Notes under the pieces: model-generated
Databases searched by the model: none
Seen by the model: the letters and a program-made list of their open reading frames with translations, nothing else
Told to the model about the DNA's origin: nothing
Position numbers and translations under genes: made by a program
DNA from: a virus
Lineage: Duplodnaviria; Caudoviricetes
DNA length: 27,899 bases
Reading direction: 5' to 3' (one strand)
IMG/VR virus record: IMGVR_UViG_3300037307_000118
Span: 1 to 27,899 of that record
Shown here: piece by piece, positions 23,802-27,899 of the stretch
Layout: each line of letters begins with the position of its first letter
Numbering within the stretch: the first letter of the stretch is position 1

Positions 23802-25613
23802 TCATTTCATTTCTCCGAAGTTGGTACCGTAAGTCGGGTCGGTCTTGGTCGGTACGTCGAGCCTGAATGCTTCGACCATACACTGATCGAGCAGCGCGCT
23901 TGCCTTCTTCACCTTGCCCTTCGGCGCGCAGCCGACCAGCTGATCGTGGATCGTCATGAGGAAGCGCGTGTCGGTGCCCCTGATCTGCGGCCACCAGTTA
24001 CGCATCGCCTCCTTCGTCTGGTCAGCGCTGCCGCCCTGAATGAGGTAGTTCAGCAGCTTGTACTCTAACGTCCGCACTTCACCGCGCACCATCTCAGCCG
24101 GGGGTGAGTAGTAGCGCCGTCCGCCAAGCGTCAGGATGCATTCCCCGCGCCGGCCTATGCCTGAGACTTCGCGCATCAGCGCCTTCACGCTCGGCAGCGC
24201 GCAGTCATAGGCGTCCATCATCGTGCGCGCCGTCATCTCAGGCACGCCCAGCGAAGCCCCCAGTCTGGCGATGCCCATCCCGTAGACCTTGCCGAAGTTG
24301 ATTGTCTTGGTTGGCTTGCGCTCGATGCCGACGCCCGTCACCCTGTTGATAAGGTCACGCACGAACACGTGCAGGTCAAGGTCCGGGTTGTCGCGGTACG
24401 CCTGCGCCAGCACGCCATCTTCGTAGTGCGCGAGCAGCCGGAACTCCTGCTGGCTGTAGTCACGCGAGAACAGGACGTGCCCCTTCGGCGCGATGAGGTA
24501 GCTGCGCAGGTTCGGAAACGTCGTCCATCCGGCCGCGCAGCCCCACTTCTTCATCAGCGCGTGCAGCTGCTCGTACTTCTCCGGATTCGTCAGGTTCTGC
24601 AGATTCGGCGAGGAAGAGAGCCGCCCCGTGCGCGCGCCGTTGTCGGAGTAGTCGCGAACCTGATTCCAGTTGCAGTGCAGGGCCGTGCCCTGTTCCAGCC
24701 ACGGGCGCATGTACGTGGAGAGGCACTTCTCGATCGCGCTGCGGTAGAGCAGCAGGCCCTTCACGCGACAGTCAGGCAGCGCGGCAAGCAGTGCGTCCTT
24801 CGACGTGGAGAGCTTCCCGCCCGGCGTACGGGGCAGATGAATGCGCCCATCGCGGCTCAGGCACTCAGCCAGTTCGTCGCCCGAGTCGAAGTTGCCGGGG
24901 GCCGCGCCGCCCTGAATCTCCTTCGGCCACAGCATCCGCAGGTGCCGTTCGGTCATCACGAGCGCCTGCTCGTAACGGGCCGTGTCCCGTGCGAGCCGTC
25001 TGTGGTCCAGCGGAATGCCCTGCGCCGAATTGTCGAGCAGCATCGGCACAAGGTCGCATTCACGCCTGTAGGCTGCGGACATGCCCGCTGATCCGACCAG
25101 CGGCTGCAGATGGTTGTACAGGGCCAGCGTGCACTGCGCGTCAGCGATTGCGTAGGGACCGACCAGATCGGCGGGCGCGGCGCTGATGAGCATTCCGCAC
25201 TGCCTGTCAGTCGGCGCGCGCCCCGTGGGCATCTTCACGTTGGCCTGCAGCCAGTGGCGCACAGCGTCACGCTCGACGGGCAGGCGTTTCAGGTACCGCT
25301 GCGCCAGCGGCTTCAGGCCAAGCTCGCCGTAGGGGTCGAGCAGGAAGGCGAGGAACATCGTGTCGTTTACACGCTCCGGGAACGGCAGCCCCATGCGCTC
25401 GTGCGCCACGGCAATGTCAAAGGCCGCGTTGTGACACAGCAGCGGCTCGTTCCAGTTGCGCCGCAGCACGTCGAGGCCCGCTGCTTCCGTGGCGTTGTTC
25501 ATCGTGGGGTGTCCCCACGCAAAGTAGTCCGTGGGGGTCGCCACGCCAACAGGCTGCGGCGGGTAGGCAGGACGAGGCTCGATGGCCTTCGTCTCGAAGT
25601 CGAAGCAGAACAT
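23802..25613 (-). CDS. polA: DNA polymerase family A (3'-5' exonuclease plus polymerase)
   Basis: ExoI DFET, ExoII HNAAFD, ExoIII YAIAD; RTGRLSS, motif A DYSQQE, motif B RKPTKTINFGKVYG, NYLIQG, motif C IHDQ. Confidence 0.97.
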   Translation of the reverse strand: MFCFDFETKAIEPRPAYPPQPVGVATPTDYFAWGHPTMNNATEAAGLDVLRRNWNEPLLCHNAAFDIAVAHERMGLPFPERVNDTMFLAFLLDPYGELGLKPLAQRYLKRLPVERDAVRHWLQANVKMPTGRAPTDRQCGMLISAAPADLVGPYAIADAQCTLALYNHLQPLVGSAGMSAAYRRECDLVPMLLDNSAQGIPLDHRRLARDTARYEQALVMTERHLRMLWPKEIQGGAAPGNFDSGDELAECLSRDGRIHLPRTPGGKLSTSKDALLAALPDCRVKGLLLYRSAIEKCLSTYMRPWLEQGTALHCNWNQVRDYSDNGARTGRLSSSPNLQNLTNPEKYEQLHALMKKWGCAAGWTTFPNLRSYLIAPKGHVLFSRDYSQQEFRLLAHYEDGVLAQAYRDNPDLDLHVFVRDLINRVTGVGIERKPTKTINFGKVYGMGIARLGASLGVPEMTARTMMDAYDCALPSVKALMREVSGIGRRGECILTLGGRRYYSPPAEMVRGEVRTLEYKLLNYLIQGGSADQTKEAMRNWWPQIRGTDTRFLMTIHDQLVGCAPKGKVKKASALLDQCMVEAFRLDVPTKTDPTYGTNFGEMK

Positions 25614-25630
25614 GAGTTTCGTCTCCGGGG

Positions 25631-25705
25631 AAAGAGCCGATGCGGGCAGCGCTCGGCAAACACGCCTTGGTGACGACGGCAGGGAAAGGAGACTACCCTG
25701 CCGCC
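25631..25705 (-). terminator. two stem-loops between SSB-like gene and polA, second one terminator-like
   Basis: On the minus strand GGCGGCAGGG-N11-CCCTGCCGTC, then GCCGAGCG-CTGCC-CGCATCGGC followed by TCTTT. Confidence 0.5.
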
Positions 25706-25720
25706 GATCGCCCGATCAGG

Positions 25721-26497
25721 TCAGAACTTGCGCTTGCGGGCAGGCGCTGCGACAGCCTTCGCCTTCGCCGGCTGCTCCTCCGGTACCGTGTAGCCCTTGC
25801 TCAGTTCGCGCTCAGCCTCGTCGAGCCGCGAAGCAATGGCATCCATGGTCGCATCGTCCTGCTCGAACACGGTCGCCTGATAGCTCAGGGCGTACTGCGT
25901 ACGCGGATCGACCTCGTTCGTCAGCATCGTCACGACGCCCCAGATGGGGCCATTCGGCAGCAGCGCGTCCACGTAGCTGCGGAAGCCCTTGGAGTTGAGC
26001 ACCGAAGGTGCGCCCGTGATGATCTGCGCCGCGCGCACCCGCTCAGGCGATTCGAGCGCGTCAGCGTGAATGGCCGCGAATACAGCGCCCTCCTTGCACG
26101 CCTTGCCCTTGCCGTTCTGCGCAGTGCCGAACTCGTTCAGGCGGCAGATCGCGCAGCGCTCCGACTGCGGCACTGCCGCGTTGCCCGCAGGCTTCACGCC
26201 GTCGAGCGAGTAGCAGTCAGGCGACGCGTACACGTCGGGCTGGTACATCGCCGAGTAGTACGTGCGCTCGTAGCCGTAGGAGAGAATCACGAGCGGCAGC
26301 GGATTGTCGAGACGGTTGCCCGCAAGAGTGATCGCGCCGCCCTTGAAAGACAGCCGGTTGCCGCTCGACTGCGGCAGCTTGGCCGCGACTTCCTTCGACT
26401 TCGCGATGGACGCCGCTGCCTTCTCGCGCCAGTTGCTGACAACCACTGCCTTCGTGGCAGCCGTGGCCAGCGCAGTGCTCTGCTTCTTCGATGCCAT
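25721..26497 (-). CDS. putative ssDNA-binding/recombination protein with four Cys
   Basis: RBS GAGGA, ATG 26497; PDCYSLDG...CAIC...NEFGT...GKGKACK pattern typical of the gene adjacent to phage polA. Confidence 0.75.
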   Translation of the reverse strand: MASKKQSTALATAATKAVVVSNWREKAAASIAKSKEVAAKLPQSSGNRLSFKGGAITLAGNRLDNPLPLVILSYGYERTYYSAMYQPDVYASPDCYSLDGVKPAGNAAVPQSERCAICRLNEFGTAQNGKGKACKEGAVFAAIHADALESPERVRAAQIITGAPSVLNSKGFRSYVDALLPNGPIWGVVTMLTNEVDPRTQYALSYQATVFEQDDATMDAIASRLDEAERELSKGYTVPEEQPAKAKAVAAPARKRKF

Positions 26498-26555
26498 GGT
26501 CCGTTTCCTCAGTTGCTCAGTGAACCGCAGGGACCGCTGCGGTGCCGGTTGATGA

Positions 26556-26584
26556 AGACTATATGAGGCCACTCCGACCCGCAA
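26556..26584 (-). promoter_or_regulatory. possible sigma70 promoter for the SSB-like gene
   Basis: TTGCGG, 17-nt spacer, TAGTCT in a ~100-bp intergenic gap; followed by hairpin ACCGCAG-CGGTCC-CTGCGGT. Confidence 0.45.
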
Positions 26585-26598
26585 CCAGACGCTGTCAA

Positions 26599-26991
26599 CT
26601 ACCTGCGCGTCGTCACGCTCAGGTCCGTGCGCTCTCCGGGGCGTACGCCGGGGATGTTCAGGCCATCCTCCCACCGCACACGGCACGCGCCGACTGCGGG
26701 GCGCTTCTGCACGAGGTCCCACGCCTTCATCCTGCCAACGTACTCGAAGAATGCGCGGTCGTCGTACAACTCCGCGAACGTCGTGCGCTTGAGGCTCACA
26801 GTCGCTTCCTTCACCGCGACGCTTTCGAGCTTCGCCGCGATCAGCGCATCGCGCAGTTCGTTTTCCAGCGCATCAGCCGCGTCCTTCAGCGGCTTCAGCT
26901 TGGCTTCGGCCTTCTTCACTGCCTGCTGCGCCTTCCACAGCGCCTTCGCGGCAGCCTGCAACTCGGGCAGGGACCTGATGGTGTCCGTCAT
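26599..26991 (-). CDS. conserved phage replication-module protein (coiled coil plus small domain)
   Basis: N-terminal coiled coil, FFEYV...WDLVQKR and IPGV near the C-terminus; usual neighbour of the SSB-like gene. Confidence 0.8.
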   Translation of the reverse strand: MTDTIRSLPELQAAAKALWKAQQAVKKAEAKLKPLKDAADALENELRDALIAAKLESVAVKEATVSLKRTTFAELYDDRAFFEYVGRMKAWDLVQKRPAVGACRVRWEDGLNIPGVRPGERTDLSVTTRR

Positions 26992-26993
26992 GG

Positions 26994-27311
26994 CTACATC
27001 ACCCCCGCCTGCGTGCTGGTCGCAATGGTGCGGCAGAGGTTCACTGCCTGCCCGCGCACGAGTCCGAGGCCACCGTCATCGGAGTGCATGTAGGCGGCGA
27101 TGAAGCACTTGAGCGTAACCTCCGCGCTGGGCGTGCCCGCGCAGAGATCGACGGCCAGTCCGCGAGGCATCTCAAAGGACGATGCAGAGAGCAGCATGTA
27201 GCACTTCACGGGCTCAGGCAGCTTGGCGAACTCGGGAGTCGCGGGCTCCGCGCCCGCTGCGACATCCGCAGCGAGCACGAGCAGGGAAGGGATCAGGTAT
27301 CGGGTAATCAT
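26994..27311 (-). CDS. putative secreted protein with two Cys-pair repeats
   Basis: RBS AAAGGAG; hydrophobic N-terminus ending AGA; KC...RGLAVDLC and KC...RGQAVNLC. Confidence 0.75.
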   Translation of the reverse strand: MITRYLIPSLLVLAADVAAGAEPATPEFAKLPEPVKCYMLLSASSFEMPRGLAVDLCAGTPSAEVTLKCFIAAYMHSDDGGLGLVRGQAVNLCRTIATSTQAGVM

Positions 27312-27323
27312 GGTTCGTCTCCT

Positions 27324-27551
27324 TTACAGGTCGTCGTTGAGGTCGTCGATCTTCTGCGCATCGGCATGCGACTGCGCAACCAGCTGCTTGTCGAGCCGGC
27401 GCTCCATCCTGCGCAGCGCCTCGCGCGACCTGTCCCACGCGCGTACCGCGCGGGCAAGCCTGCGCTCGATCCGCTCGTGCGCTTCGAGCGCCTTCGCGTA
27501 AGTCGCGCCGGGGCCGCGCCTGCCGCGCGGGGCGTCCCTGAGGACAATCAC
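27324..27551 (-). CDS. hypothetical basic coiled-coil protein (75 aa)
   Basis: GTGA overlap with the upstream gene, GGAG RBS. Confidence 0.65.
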   Translation of the reverse strand: MIVLRDAPRGRRGPGATYAKALEAHERIERRLARAVRAWDRSREALRRMERRLDKQLVAQSHADAQKIDDLNDDL

Positions 27552-27820
27552 CGGACACTCCGCTTGTAAGCGAGCGTCGTGGCGTCCGCCGCAAATTCGC
27601 CCGCGATGCGCAGATTGGTGAGGAACCGGTCGTAGTCGCCGTTCTCAAGGTGCAGCAGGGCGGCCTGCGCGAAGCTCGCGGCATTGGCCGCTAAACCACG
27701 CTCACTGACTCCCGACCCGCCGACCGGCATGGGGGTGCTGGTCTGGTTCTGCTTCACGAGCGCACAAACCGTGCGCGAAACACGGTTGCGGGCGTTGCCG
27801 ATCTGCCTTGCGATTGTCAT
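27548..27820 (-). CDS. hypothetical early protein (90 aa)
   Basis: AAGGAG RBS; first ORF after the promoter at the window end. Confidence 0.7.
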   Translation of the reverse strand: MTIARQIGNARNRVSRTVCALVKQNQTSTPMPVGGSGVSERGLAANAASFAQAALLHLENGDYDRFLTNLRIAGEFAADATTLAYKRSVR

Positions 27821-27841
27821 CTGATCGTCTCCTTCAGGTTA

Positions 27842-27899
27842 GGGCAGCACCATGCCACCCATGAGCAGGCACTCTACAGGGGTTATTAGTACCTGTCAA
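27842..27899 (-). promoter_or_regulatory. sigma70-type early promoter with 5' leader hairpin
   Basis: TTGACA (27899-27894), 17-nt spacer, TAGAGT (27876-27871), then GGGTGGCA-TGG-TGCTGCCC. Confidence 0.8.

Noticed and set aside
20901-26566. Long plus-strand ORFs opposite helicase, polA and the SSB-like gene
   Set aside because: Antisense shadows of well-supported minus-strand genes.

Overview
GC-rich segment of a tailed dsDNA phage, most likely a short-tailed podovirus infecting a diderm host. It has two convergent arms. The + strand (1-18657) is the virion module: portal C-terminus, a small conserved ORF, an unexpected ~960-aa protein, scaffold, major capsid, decoration-like proteins, adaptor, nozzle, a GNAT protein, four ejection-type proteins (one with a peptidase S74 domain), a tail fibre, a beta-helix adhesin/depolymerase and a small lipoprotein. 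The - strand (18584-27899) is the early/replication arm: small membrane ORFs, a HicA-like ORF, a DUF6011-like protein, a Cro/YdaS-like HTH, SNF2 helicase, VRR-NUC, Cas4-like exonuclease, family A DNA polymerase, an SSB-like protein and small early genes. No integrase, RNA polymerase, terminase, primase or endolysin was recognised in the window. The most notable unexplained signals are: (1) three sigma70-type early promoters sharing TTGACnGnnnCTAA, each followed near +1 by a hairpin with the invariant core GGCA-UGG-UGC; (2) a (C)GTTTAMAC(G) motif occurring 9 times, spread across the window; (3) the 960-aa candidate injected effector in the head module; (4) a beta-helix apparently inserted inside an FN3 domain; (5) a 35-bp tandem repeat forming a chain of coupled mini-ORFs. 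All protein family calls come from motif recognition and gene order; no database search was run.
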